From positions 89,280,001-89,344,000 of the forward strand of contig NC_086099.1 of the NCBI RefSeq assembly GCF_963921235.1: a DNA stretch of 64,000 nt, written 5' to 3'. Position 1 is the stretch's first letter. The number at the start of each line of letters is the position of its first letter. The DNA is from Mobula hypostoma. Lineage: Eukaryota. The notes beneath the pieces are model-generated. The model did not search any database and was not told the DNA's origin. It saw only the letters and a program-made list of their open reading frames with translations. Below, one piece after another: positions 13,010 through 26,250 of this stretch. A program made the translations under genes and the position numbers.

Positions 13010-16000
13010 TTTGGCATTTTCCGGTGGGTGGCTGAATAAAATCATGATTCAGTAGCAAGGGTAAATAAAAACAAGGCAGGGGCAAGTGGAGTGGCCATTG
13101 ATGGAGTGGATCAGAGTTGTAGTGGGAAGACTTTGGCTCATCAGGCTTGGGTGAGGTAAATATATGGTAAGTTAGTTCTTCATTCTTCCTCTGTTAGTAC
13201 ATAGTTAGTGCAGTGAAGATGGCTCCAGGGGCTGTGTTGTGTTCTTTCTGGGAGACCTCCAGCCTCTGGATAACCACATCAGCACCAGGTGCACCAAGCT
13301 GCAGCTCCTCAGAGAAGGTGTTAAGGGAATGGAGCTGCTGCTTGGTGACCTTCAGCTCATACAGGAAACTGAGGAGGTGCTAGGTAGGAGCTACAGGGAG
13401 GTAGTTACTCCAAAGGTGCAGGAGGCAGGTACCTGGGTGACTGTCAAGAGAGGGAAAGGAAATGGGCTGCTAGTGGAGAGTACCCCTGTGGCTGTTTCCC
13501 TCAATAATAAGTATACCACTTTGGATACTATTGGGGTGGAGAATGACCTACCAGGAGGAAGCCTCGAGGATTGGATCTCTGGCACTGAGTTTGATGCTGT
13601 AGCTCAGAAGGCAATGGGGAAGAAGAGGACTGCAGTAGTGATAAGGGATTCCATAGTTAGGGGGTTAGACATGAGATTCTGTGGATGAGAAAGAGTTGCC
13701 CAGATGGTATGTTGCCTCCCAGGTGCAAAGAGTCAGGGACATCTTGGGTAGGGTCCTCAGCATTCTAAAGGGGGAGGGTGAGCAGCCGGAAGTCTGAGTA
13801 CATATTGGCACCAATGACATATGTAAGAAAAGGGAGGAGATCCTGAAGAGAGAATTTAGGGAGCTAGGTAGAAAGCTGAAAAGCAGAACCTCCAGGGGAG
13901 TAACCTCTGGATTGCTGCCTGTGCCGTGTGCCAGTGAGGGTAAGAATAGGATGATCTGGCTGAGGAATTGGCGCAGGGGCCAGGGGTTCAGATTTCTGGG
14001 TCATTGGGATCTCTTCTGGGGCAGGTGCGACCTGTACAAAAGGGACGGGTTACACCTCAACTTGAGGGGGATCAATATCCTTGCAGACAGGTTTGCTAGA
14101 ACTGTTGGCGAGGGTATAAAATGATGTGGCAGGGGAATGGGATGAAAAACTGAGTGAGAGGGCTTAGGACAGGGCATTTGGGATATAAGCAGAGACAGTG
14201 TGTAGTGAGATGGTCAGGAAGGACGGGCAGATGATGGAACAAAATTGCAGCCAGTGGAATGAGTTGCAATGTAACAGGGGTGCAAAATCAAAAAGGGTGA
14301 TGAATACAGTACTGAAGGTTTTATATTTGAATACATAGTATACAAAATGAAGTAAAGGTAGCACGGTTAAAGATTGGAGCTATGACTTGTGGACATCTCT
14401 GAGTTGTGGCTGAAAGAAGAACATGGTAGGGAGCTTAACCTCCAAGAATGCATATTGTATTGAAAGGACAAGCAGGTAGACAGAGGGGGTGGTGTGCCTC
14501 TATTGGTCAAAAATGAAATCAAATCCTCAGAAAGAGGTGACATAGGATTGGAAGATGTATAATTGTTGTGGGTAGAGTTAAGAAACTGCGAGGGTAAAAG
14601 GACCCTGAAAGGAGTTACATACAGGCCTCTGAACAGTAGCCAGGATGTGTGCTACAAATTACAATTGGAGATAGAAATCCATGTCAAAAGCACAATGTTA
14701 CAGTAATCTCGGGGGATTTCAATATGCAGATACTGTAGATTGGGAAAATCAGGTTGGTGCTGATTTTGGATCCAAAGAGAGAAAGAATGGCTACAAGATG
14801 TTTTTTTAGAGCAGATTGTGGTTGAGCCCACCAGGGGATAAACTATTCTGGACTGGGTGCTGAGCAATGATCTGGATTTGATTAGGGAGTTTAAGGTAAA
14901 GGAACCCTTAGGAGACAGTGATCGTAATATGATAGAATTCACCCTGCAGTTTAAGATGGAGAAGTTCAAATCAGATGTATTAATATTACAGTGGAGTAAA
15001 GGCATGAGAGGGGAATTAGCTGAAGTTGCTTGCAAGGGGACATCAGCAGAGAGGATGGTAGAGAAGAATTGGCTGGAATTTCTGGGTGCAGTTTGGGAGG
15101 CACAGGATAGATAAATCTCAAAGAAAAGTAAGTATTCTAAAGGCGGAATGACACACCCATGGCTGACTAGAGAAGTCAACGCAACATAAAAGCCAAAGAG
15201 AGGGCATAGAATAGAGCAAAAATTAGTGGGAAGTTAGAAGATTGGGAAACTTTTAAAACCAACAGAAGGCAAACAAAAAAAGCCATAATGAGCAAAGTCA
15301 TGTAATATAAAGGTGAGCTAGACCAAATATCAAAAATAAATCAAAAGGTTTCTTCAGTTACATAAGGAGTAAAAGAGAGGCAAGAGTAGATATCGGTCCA
15401 CTGGAAAATGACATTGGAGAGGTAGGAATTGGGGACAAGGAAATGACAGATGAACTGAATAAGTATTTTGCAACAGTCTTCACTGTGGAAAACATAAGCA
15501 GTCTGTCAGATGTTCATGAATGTCAGGGGGCAGAAGTAAGGGCAGTTGCTATTCCTAAGGAGAAGATACTTGAGAAGCTGAAAGGTCTGAAGGTAGGTAA
15601 GTCACCTGGAGAAGATGGAATATATCCAAGCATTCTGACAGAGGTAGCTGAAGAGATTGTGAAGGCTTTAGTAATGAACTTTAAAGAATCACTAGATTCT
15701 GCCGTGGTCCTGGAGGACTGGAAAATTGCAAATATCACTTCACTCTACAAGATGAGAGGGAGACAGAAGAAAGGAAATTATATGCCAGTTAGCCTGACTT
15801 CAGTGGTTGGGAAGATGTTGGAGTCGATTGTTAAGGATGAGGTTTCAGCGAATCAGTGGATACTGAGAACTTGGATTATCAGAAGACCTTTGACAAGCTG
15901 CCACACATGAGGCTGCTTAGCAAGATAGGAGCCCATGGTGTTATAAGAAGGATACAAGCATGGATAGAGCATTAGCCTATCAGCAGGAGGCAAAGTGTGG

Positions 16001-16410
16001 GAAGAAAGGAAGCCTTTTTTGGTTGGCTGCTGGTGACTAGTGGTGTTCCACAGGAGGTTGGCTATGGACTACTTCTTTTTATGTTGTATGTCAATGATTT
16101 GGATGATGGAATTGATGGCTTTGTAGCCAAGTTTGGGGACGATACGAAGATAGATGGAGGGGCAGGTAGTACTGAGGAAGCAGGGAGGCTGCAAATGACT
16201 TAAATGAACTGGGAGAATGGACAAAGAGGTGGCAGATGTAATAGAGAGTCAGGAAGTGTATGATCATGCACTTTGGTAGAAGAAATAAAAGTGTAGACTA
16301 TTTTTTAAATGGACAGAAAATTCAAAAATCTAAATTGCAAAGTGAGTTGGGAGTCCTCATGAAGGATTCCCTAAAGATTAAGTTGCAGATTGAGTCGGTG
16401 GTGAGGATAT
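13010..16410 (+). mobile_element. Long degraded CR1 LINE with 5' UTR, ORF1 (SGNH/GDSL esterase) and ORF2 (APE plus RT with internal deletion)
   Basis: ORF1 motifs VVIRDSIVRG, CCLPGA, HIGTND, DGLHLN; ORF2 ILDWVLSND, PLGDSDRN, PVSLTSVVGK, YVNDLD..KFGDDTK; the SQHGF block is missing near 15848. Confidence 0.9.
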
Positions 16411-16899
16411 GAAGATCAAATGGGCATCCTTCGTATTTGTTGCTGGTTTTAGTGGAGATTATGTATAGTACGTGGTTATGTAGTTTTAGAATTGAAATAT
16501 TATCATAAAATAGGCAGACATAATATGTCTCATTGCACTTCAGTTCCCTTTTATTTTCCAAACCACACTTAGGTAGTTAGGTAGTTGGTTGTTGAAAACT
16601 CTTTTTTATATTTGTGCATCCTGCAGAATAGTTCTGCAACATGATGCTGAGGGCTCAGCTGTTTAATATCAATGCAGCAACTGTGCTAGTGTGCAGATTC
16701 TGACAGTTTCAGCAGTTCCAGAAGTGCAACATCATGTTAACTGAGTCACAAAAGTTTTTCTAATTACAGAAAATACAACCCCCCCCCACCCTTTGGATAT
16801 TTACAGATATGCAGACTATGTACACATACTCCAGAAAGATTCTAGTTGCTTCAAGCAAGCTACAATACTGGGGACTAAAATGCAAACTGGTAAATTCAA

Positions 16900-18175
16900 G
16901 GACAACTTTATTGCAACTAAGGTATGGTATTAACTTTCGAAAATGTATATTCTAAACAATAACACTTAGATGAAAAAAACATCAAATGTCTTTTCAAATC
17001 TGATTTTAATATTTTTCATGTGTCTTTTAATACTCTTTCCTGTGGATTGGAGCAGAGCAAATATGACCTCTCCAAGAGGTGAGGGAAACAAGGAACTACC
17101 AAACTTAGGAGGGGAAATTGCAGAATCTATAATAAGCAGAATCAACACACAACTATTAGAAGAAATATATTTGACTATTCTGCTGGACTTCTATTGAGGA
17201 TGTGATTAATAGATCACTAGTAGAAAAAGTATAGGGATGTAATGTTTCAAGAAGATATCTCTAGAACGCTGATCAAAAATCATTGATATATAATTCAGGA
17301 CAATATACTGATATAGAAATAGGTTATTGGACAGGAGGTAAAGGGTAAGAATAAGTGGATTATCTATAATTTGGCAATCTATGATTGGGATTGTGCTTGG
17401 GGTCTATTCACAATTTATATCAGATGAGGGATCTAAATGCTGTATTTCCATGTTTGGTTACAATACTAAATAAATTGGATTGTGAGTATGAGAAAGGTGT
17501 CAAAAGGCTTCAAGGGGGCATGGACGAACAATGTGATTTGTGTAAAGATGTTAAGTTGAATATTGTGTGGAAAAATATGATGTGTTGATGTTCAAAAGGA
17601 TTTAGGTGTGCTTGTACTCAAGTCCCTCAAGCTGCTAAAATAAACAATTAAGAAGACAAATAGTATTCTAGGCTTTTTTACAAGAGAATTTATATTGAAC
17701 AGAAAGTGGATCACACCTAGAATACCGTGTACAGCTTTAGTAACTTTCCCTTGACTACAGTGAAGATTCACTTGACTAATTCCAAGGATATTGTGTCTCC
17801 CAAATTCTGTAAAGTTCAGAAGAATAAGAGAAAATCTCATTTAAACTTACAACATTCTTAAAAGGCTTGATAGGCTAGATCCAATGAAGACACTTCATCT
17901 AGCTGTGGAGTTTAGGATTTTTTGCACTGGGGGGTGGGGGAGGGGTGGTCATTAAATGCAAATAATGGGCAAGTAATTTAGCACTGACACAAGAAGACAT
18001 TTCTTCACTCACAGAGTGAACTTTGGAATGTTCTACTCCTTACAGTTATTGAGGCTCAATTATTGTGGGCATCAAGGGAATCAAGAGTTATAATGATTGT
18101 GCAGTGACATGGATGATCTTAATAAATGGTGGGGCATACTTGAAGGGCTGGATGGTCTATTCCTGCTCCTAATTC
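16900..18175 (+). mobile_element. Ancient, highly degraded CR1
   Basis: Scattered remnants (DWSRAN, KTNSILG, FRRIRENL, HFFTHRV) and a CR1-like 3' UTR ending TTCCTGCTCCTAATTCT. Confidence 0.6.
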
Positions 18176-18277
18176 TCTCTTCATCTGTAGGTTTTGACAC
18201 CGTAAGCAAAACTTCAGCACAGGTTTTAGACTTCCAATCAATTTTAATGGCTGAACTATTATTAGAATGTTCTATAA

Positions 18278-18909
18278 CAGTGGTCCCCAACCTCTGGGCT
18301 GCGGACCGATACTGGGCCGCGAAGCATGCAAGGGTGCAGTGGTAGCCGGTGCACACCCAGCACATTTTAAGAAAAAAGCCAAAATAAACAAGCTAATTAA
18401 TTAGGTGCCACCCAGAAGCCAGTCTTCATTAGAAGAACTGAGGTGGAGAGGGTCAAAAACTTTAAATTCTTCGGCATTAAGGATTGACGTTTTTCTCTCT
18501 GAAAAGTGTCAGAGGATCTGTCCTGGGACCAGCACATAATTGTCATTACAAAGAAAGCACGGCACTGCCCATACTTTATTAGAAGTTTGTGTAGATTCAA
18601 CATGTCACCTCGATCTTGACAGCCCTGTCTTTTCAGCCTGTCTGGGCTGGCATTTAAGTTGACCAAACAATGGAACAGCTAAAGGCTGCAGCACCCTGGA
18701 AAGAGGAGTGAACATCACGTAGAGCAAGTGAAATCGACAATTGCCTCTGATCTGGGTCGACATTTACGTGCCGGGCGGCACCTAATTAATTAGCTTGTTT
18801 ATTTTGGCTTTTTTCTTAAAGATGTGCTGGGTGCGCTCCGGCTACTCCTGTACCCCTGCATGCTTTACGGCCCGGTATCGGTCCGTGGCCGGGAAGTTGG
18901 GGACCACTG
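18278..18909. mobile_element. Non-autonomous hAT (Charlie-like) element / MITE with long TIRs
   Basis: Termini CAGTGGTCCCCAAC..GTTGGGGACCACTG; about 135-bp imperfect inverted repeats; exact 8-bp TSD TTCTATAA at 18270-18277 and 18910-18917. Confidence 0.92.
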
Positions 18910-21496
18910 TTCTATAACATTAAATCTTCAAGGAGTGGTGGTCTTTTCTAAATGATCTGGCTTATCTCCAAAGTCCAAATCTGGTTTCACAATTAATTTA
19001 ATTAAATCATTATAGTGAACAATTTCCTCTGTAATTTTCAAATCTGCTCATGTGAAAGATGGAGACACACCTTATACATGATCACATTATATGTGTGCGT
19101 GCAGTATACAGAAGGACAGGCATGCACACACGCACACCATGTGCACAAGTACATTCATACATGTGCTTAAACAGAAGAAACAAAAGACATATAATGCAGT
19201 TCAATTGATACAGCTTCTTGAAATAGTTTTCAGAAGACACTTGTGTGCTATATAACCTCCTGATTTACCAATATGATTAGAGATACCCATACAGTCATGC
19301 TATATTAAGAAATGTAATCCACTGCTCTTGATTTTCTCTAGTTACACATTTTACACTACTTTCCCTGCAAATTTCCCATGGTTCTAAGTTGCTTTAAGAG
19401 TTGAATTCACATCAGCTCATAATAGGAAGACATTTTTATTTGATGTGCAATCCAATAGTTCTCAGCAGGTAGTTAACTCACTCCCCCCCCCCAACAGTAA
19501 ATAGTAACTAGAATGAACAAAGATTTAGACATAACCTATACACTCTCAACTGATCAAATAAGACATAATATATAATGCACAAAGAAATTTAATAAATATT
19601 GTGAATTTTATTTCTATATTATTCATTAAATCAATTTATAATTAATCTATTTCTGTAAGTGGAAATAAATAATGATAATGATAATTAAGGTTAAGTAGAA
19701 TATAGAAGATTGGTATAGCAGCATGAATTCCTCTAGTATAGTGGCAACGTTTAATCTTAATTAATATTTCTCTCACTCAGAATTTCACTAAATTTGTTTT
19801 CTTGGCTTTTATCCTCATCGTGACACTTCAGGGCCTGTCTAACCTGATTTTGCATCTGTGCTTTTCACAGGACAAAACAACAAGGCTTGTAGCTCACTGT
19901 AGGCTTTTTACTACTATTATAATGTTGTATAATATGATACATAAGGCTGTAAAAAACTGGGATCCTGCTTTTGCATTCCCAAGGTATTCCCTTAGTAAGC
20001 CATGGGTCTTGTTGTTCCTTATTTTTAACTTTGCAGGGTTTGAATTCTTGCCATGATCTACTGCTTGTGGGTACTTTGGCAGCTGGTGATCTACCTGTCT
20101 AGATCCTTAGTTAATGCTACCACTCAAGAATTCAGTAGAATAAGTACATTAAAGCTTTCCAAGGCCAAATACAGCTTCAACATTCATTATGTCTGGGTTT
20201 AATAGAACCCTTTTCAGACTGACAAAGGCCAAGGAGCACTTGTGGTCTTAAGGGTTCTATAATTGCAAGTAATATAATGCTAGCATATAAAAAGTAAGTA
20301 AACCAATTAAAATATGGTAAAAAAAAGATTAAAATTAATTTATTTATTAGAGAATAGAAATCCAATGAAAAAGAGATTGCATTTACTCACACACACTTGT
20401 AGGAATTTTACTCCCAAAAGCACTCAAATGTCAAATCACTTAGATTGGCAATGACATTTCACTTTTGGACGAAGCCATTTGGAAAGGAAGGAAGTAAAAA
20501 AAGTAAGTCTAACAGCCAAGTGTAAAAGGTCCAAAGTTTGCAGTACTGCTTGGCATCCTGCTAATAATCACAACCTATTGGAGGGATTTTAACAATTACC
20601 ACACTCCTCACGTATTGTTATTCTTTCAAACTGGAATCCTTGGCTCCTTAAATACCTATCCCTGAAGCACAATATCAGCAACACTTACTAATACTTATAT
20701 TGTCGATATATTTCCCAGTTTATGAAATTCTATATTAAATGAACCAGCTTAGCTGGTGTAATTTGTCATTGCTACTTCCAGTATCTGGAGTGCGGTGATC
20801 AGCCTTCTGACAAGGCTGCATTAATGAACCAGAGCTTCTGGGATACAGTACTGCATTGAATTCCAGGTGCTGTTGAAGTATAGGCATAGCAGCAACATCT
20901 GTGCATCAATAAGAGCCTGAAAGTCATTAAAATGGACCATACACCAAACTGACCTGAGAAGGAAAGGAACAGTACATTGCATGTAAATAATTCACAAGAT
21001 GGGCAACAAATCAAACGTTTCCTTAACTAGCTTTTTACCTCTGGAGCAATTATGCATATAAATTCAAGAACTGGCAAAGTATTGCCATTTTTTTCAGCTT
21101 TAAGTAGAGAGCAAGGTGGTGTTATGATAAGGAACATATGCATTGTTGGTGAATAGTGCTTAGGAGTCTTGCCAGAAATCGTATGATAATTGCAGTGGAA
21201 AATTCCATTCAATAATTTGCTGGTGAAAGCATGGACTTCCTTTGTTTCTTATCCTCCTGATTCCTCCCCTCATCGTTTGCACAGCTATGGTCTGCTATCC
21301 CCTTCTATAATCTCTCACTGTGACCTAGATTGTCCACAGCCAGTCAGACCCCACCTCCTCTCCCCACCACTCACCATATTTTGTTGTCTGTTGGTGCCTA
21401 ATCCCCATCAGCTTATATGACTATTTTATTCAAGGATCATCTAAGAAAATAATAATCACATTTGAAGTGATATCTGTGACCCACTGATAAAATTCT

Positions 21497-21845
21497 CACT
21501 ATTGAGTCAAATGCTAATGGTTCAGGTCTTTCATTTCAGATTCTTCAGCTAGTAATGAGCAACTGGTACACTGTTAGCAATGCCATCTTTCAAGTGAGAT
21601 TTAAAATGGGATCCTCTCTGTACTTTCAAGTGGATATAAGTGACCCAATAGATCCATTTGAAGATGCACAATGTTTATCCTTCAAGGTAAATGATCCGGT
21701 CAGTTAATTCTGTGTTGCTGTGGGTCTTCATTCAAACTGGGTGTTGTTGTTCCTGATTTACAAAATTTAACTACTTTTCAAAAATATAAAAGCAGGACAT
21801 GATGTCTAAAGGCCACAAAAAAAAGATACTAAATAAATGAAAGCT
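21497..21845 (+). mobile_element. Degraded DeuSINE (SacSINE1/AmnSINE1-like)
   Basis: ACACTGTTAGCAATGCCATCTTTCAAGTGAGATTTAAAATGGGATCCTCTCTG..AAGTGGATATAAG..CCCA resembles the Deu domain as I recall it; tail TAAATAAATGAAAG. Confidence 0.55.
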
Positions 21846-24125
21846 ATTGATTTTCTTTCTTAGCCTGTTTCTAAGCTGTCAGCTTATGCTTTTTTTGTTG
21901 TGACTCTTTTATTTTACTGACATTAGATCCCAAAGTTATCTCTAGAGTCAAGAAAGAGACAATGTATGCACTGTAGCCCTTTCTTAAAAGGTGCGGAGGA
22001 GTTAGAAAATGTAAGGAATGACATGGGACGGCCAGGGTTTGGATGTGGGAGGATGGGTTGTTTCCAGCTGGGAAATTGTGTTCCTGAATTTATAAGGAAG
22101 TATAGTCTCACTTGCATTATTGAACCCCATTTCAAGTCTTTCAAGACATTTTCAAGAAATCAAGTCTTTGCATGTGTCTATCATTAATTAACAATCTTCA
22201 GAGTGCAACTTTTAATAGAATAGCTCCCAATGTGATCTATTTTGGTTGATGTTCCAAAAAATGTTGATGAGCAATTCCATGTTACAGCTTGTGTGCTTAA
22301 AGTTTTAAGGGCTGTCATTGTGGTTCTGGGCTGGTTAACTCGTTGGCAACAATTGGGAATTAAGAAGTTATTAGTACTGACAAGCCCTGAAGTGAATGTT
22401 ACTTAAGCAGTTAATACATTCAATTTCACTAAGTACAAAACTATAATATATTATGGTACCATCACATTGCTGTTTGCTTCAGGCCAAAACACTTAAGTCA
22501 AACAGCTTGTTACCTGCTTATTCCAATCTCCTTGGCATTTATTTTCTTTTGTCCTGTCCTCCAGGGTTTCATTCCAACATGTTTCTCCAAATGTCCATCT
22601 CTATTAATCAACCTGTGCTGAGTAGAACAGATAATTACTAAATAATATATCTTGGACGTAGATGAAGATTTCCATCACATTTCATGACAATAATTGCTGA
22701 AATCGAATACTTTCCTAAAAATTGTTCCCATTATTCAAAAACCAGAAACAGCTGGAAACACAAAATTAGTCTCAGCATTTATGGAGCAAACGGATAACCT
22801 TCACCTCCCCTGTCCCATTCAATTTTCACTGTACTTTCTTTAAACTTGTTTCTTTCTGAGATAGTATCAACAATACCTGCCTAAATTTAATAGATACCCT
22901 CTAAAAAAATGTAGACCCCCCATATCATTCTTTTTTAATAGGTCCTCTAAAACCCTTTTCTTTGATCGAGCTTCTTATCAACCCACCAAATATTACTTCA
23001 TAGCATTGATTTTAGTTGATCACACTTTTAAGAAGTAGCTTGAATGTTTTTCTAAGTTAATCACTGCTGAATTATCATCATGAAGACTTAAATCGTAGCA
23101 ACAGGTATTTTACATATAAATTCACATTCTAATCGGTAAAAAGTAAAACCTCACTTTCCTGAATACTAAGGGGAATTTAATCCAAGTGGCTGGTTCAAAT
23201 TTCCTGTGAGATTTTCCTGACAATGTCCTACTCAGTTCATACTACAGCTATCTAAACCTGTTCTGTGTTGGTGGCAAAGATATCTGCCTAAAGGCAGTAT
23301 GGTCATTCTTCAGAAAAATACGTCAGTTCCAAGTATCCGACCAGAAGGTGATAGTCATTTTAACTGCTGGTCTGGTTGGATAGAGTATCGTGGTTTTGAC
23401 AGCTGAAAGCAGTGGAAGTAGTTTAGTAGCCTCTCAAGAAGGCACTGAGCTGCGATCTCTGTTGACACCGTAACTCAGTTTCAGTTGTTTTTTTTCTCTC
23501 TTTTTATTTTGAATGCCCTGCCATTCAATCATGATGGAATTTTTTTTATTTCTCAGTACGATTCTGATAATCACGAGCATGAAAATTGTCACGAGCATGA
23601 ACATTATCATGAGCCTGTGTAAGTGTGAATCCAGCAGTAATAATAATACCCTTTAAGTCTGTTGAACTGAAATAGTCCCAAAGGTTTATCTCTAGTTAAA
23701 CCGTATCTGGAGTGTTGCATTCAGTTTTGGCTGCCACATTTTGGGAAGCATGTTGAGGCTTTGGAGAGGGTACAGAAGTGGTTTACCAGGATGCTACCTG
23801 CATTAGAGAGTATGTGCTGTGGACAAACTTGGGTTATTTTCTCTGGAATGGTGGAGGATAAAGGAAGATCTGATGGAGGTTTATAAGATTATGAGAGCCA
23901 TAGATAGAGTGGACAGCTAGTAACTATTTGCCCAGCTTTGAAGTGTCTAGTACCAGAGTTTATACATTTAAGGTGAGAGGAGATAAGTGTAATGGAAAGT
24001 TAAACTTCGTAGGTGCAGCAAATTCTAAACACGAGAAAGTTTGCAGATGCTGGAAATCCAAAGCAACACAAACAAAATGCTGGAAGAACTCAGCAGGTCA
24101 GGCAGCATCCATGGAAATGAATAAA

Positions 24126-24163
24126 CAGTTGACATTTCAGACTGAGAACCTTCTTCAGGACTG
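24126..24163 (-). ncRNA. Second, slightly decayed hammerhead motif in the inverted pseudo-LTR
   Basis: Minus strand CAGTC-CTGAAGA-AGG(TTCTCAG)TCT-GAAA-TGTC-AACTG; cores intact, CpG-type changes in stems I and III. Confidence 0.6.
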
Positions 24164-24755
24164 GGAAGAAAGGGGAAGATGACCCCTTCATCTCCATTAA
24201 GGGCCTCCAACAGTCCTTCCAGGTGAGGCAACTCGTCAACTGTGAATCTGGGGTCATCTGTTGTGTCCCGTGCTCTCGATGCAGCCTCCTCTGCATTGGT
24301 GAGATCCATTTCAAGTTGGGGGACCGCTTGGCCAAGCACCTCCATTGCATCTGCCTCAAGTGGACCTTCCCAGTGGCCAAGCAGTTTAATTCCCCTTCCC
24401 GTTCCAACATGTCGGTCCATGGCCTTCTCTTGTGCCAAGATGAGGCCACCCTCACCTTATATTCTGTCTAGGTAGCCTCCAACCTGATGGCATGAATATC
24501 GATTTCTCCTTCCAGTAAAAAATCCCCCTCCCCCGACTTCCTCTATTCCTCACTCTGACCTTTTACCACTTCTTACCTGCCTATCACTTCCCTCTGGGTC
24601 CCCTTCTCCTTCCCTTTCTCCTATGGTCCACTCTCTTTTCCTGTCAGATTCCAGCCCTTGACCTTTCCCTCCCACCTGGCATCACCTATCACCTTTCAGC
24701 TAGCCTCCTTCTCCTCCTCTCGCCATTTTATTCTGGCATCTTCCCCCTTCCTTTC

Positions 24756-24793
24756 CAGTTCTGAAGAAGGGTCTCAACCTGAAACGTCGACTG
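24756..24793 (+). ncRNA. Minimal type I hammerhead ribozyme motif in a Penelope pseudo-LTR
   Basis: CAGTT-CTGAAGA-AGG(GTCTCAA)CCT-GAAA-CGTC-GACTG: CUGANGA and GAAA cores, stem I CAGUU/GACUG, stem II AGG/CCU, palindromic ACGU stem III, GUC cleavage triplet. Confidence 0.75.
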
Positions 24794-25079
24794 CTTATTC
24801 ATCTCTATAGATGCTGCCTGACCTTTTGAGTTCCTCTAGCTTTTTGTGTGTGTTACTTCGGTAAGTGCAAGGCAAATTTTGCATATAGAGAATGATGGGT
24901 GCCTGGACTGTACTGCTTGAGGTGGGTACAGAGGCATTCAAGATGCTCGGATAGGCAATGAACAAGCACAGAATAGAAGGATATGAACACTATATTGGTA
25001 AAAGGGATTAGTTTAGTTAGGCATTTGATTATCAATTTCATTAGTTCAGCCAGCATTGTGGATCGAAGGGCCAATTCCT

Positions 25080-25487
25080 TTCTTTCTTTCTTTTTAAATC
25101 TTTTTATTGAGTAAATATACAAAAAAGGTAAGCCATATAAACATTAATACAATGTTAAAGTATAATAAAATTCCAAAAGATAACAATACCAAAAAGAAAA
25201 TACTACAAACAATGTAATTTAAGCATAAGAAACCAAAATAACATAATAGTATACTAAATTTTATATATATCAATGGAAAACCCCCCCCCCCAAAAAAAAA
25301 CCCACCGTGCAGCTAACTAAAAGCAAGGCAAAGCAATGGGCTAACTTGAAACCAAACAGAGTTAAACTTAAAATCACGTCCTCAATCCCGACCTCCATTA
25401 AAACAGTGAAAAAAAAACAAGAAGGGTAAATATTACATTAAATGAAAATATCGAATAAAAGGTCCCCAAATCTGTTCAAATTTAAAT
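25080..25487 (-). mobile_element. L1/Tx1-clade LINE 3' end
   Basis: AATAAA then (AAAG)n tail on the minus strand; 15-bp TSD GAAGGGCCAATTCCT at 25065-25079 and 25488-25502; same family as 47753-48468. Confidence 0.9.
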
Positions 25488-26117
25488 GAAGGGCCAATTC
25501 CTATACTGTTTTTTGCCCTAACATTGATGAGATTACTTTTTTTTCTGAAAATTCTGAAAAGATTAATACCACATTGTCAATATTTTATAGTTTGTCATAT
25601 ATACACATGTAATGCCATATATTTACTTTCTGTGCATTATTTTGTATCATTTGCATGAATAATCAAAACAACTTTAAATGAAAACAACTACAACATCCAA
25701 TAATGCACTGCCTTCCAATGTGACACCAACGAATTAATATCTCAATTCTATTGTTTAAGGCAAGAGCAGGTTTGCTTTATGACCATAGCAAGGCTGGGCT
25801 GAAACAGGTACACACTTGGTACATGAGATGTAGCTCAAGAGTTTATGAAAAGTTGTGAATCTATGTCATAATTTGTAATATTTGCATAAACACGATGATA
25901 AAATGTTATGTTTAACTGCCTTGTCAAATCACCTTCTAAGTTATTTTCTTTCAAAGGATTATTGTAGATTTAAATGTTATGTTCATGTGTGCCTATTTCC
26001 CAATAGCCATATTCTCTACCATCACCAACTCTACACTAATAATAGCAACAAAGTGAAAATATTTAGCCAGTAGCATTACTGCCTTGTTTCATTATCCAAT
26101 GAAGTGAATAGTTTTGG

Positions 26118-26250
26118 AGACCTGCTGAAGGGTCTCAGCCGGAAACGTTGACTGCACTCTTTTCCGTAGATGCTGCCTGGCCTGCTGAGTTCCTCCAGCA
26201 TTTTGTGTGTGTTGCTCGGACTTCCAGCATCTTCAGATTTTCTCTTGTTT
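26118..26250 (+). mobile_element. Solo Penelope pseudo-LTR insertion
   Basis: Matches the PLE terminus at 24760-24854; exact 14-bp TSD GTGAATAGTTTTGG at 26104-26117 and 26251-26264. Confidence 0.88.

Larger units (their letters stand above)
24026..24854 (+). mobile_element. Truncated Penelope-like element (GIY-YIG region) with inverted terminal pseudo-LTRs
   Basis: GVICCVPCSRCSLLCIGE..LGDRLAKH is homologous to 63480-63800; 24026-24175 is an inverted copy of the 3' terminal sequence 24740-24854. Confidence 0.9.
23695..25079 (+). mobile_element. CR1 3' fragment interrupted by the Penelope element at 24026-24854
   Basis: PYLECCIQFWLPH..LERVQKWFTRMLP before the insertion; CR1 terminal part and UTR resume at about 24855. 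Confidence 0.8.

Noticed and set aside
23150-23405. Possible minus-strand exon (CTTTCAG acceptor, GTGAGG donor)
   Set aside because: No convincing open frame and no supporting partner exons
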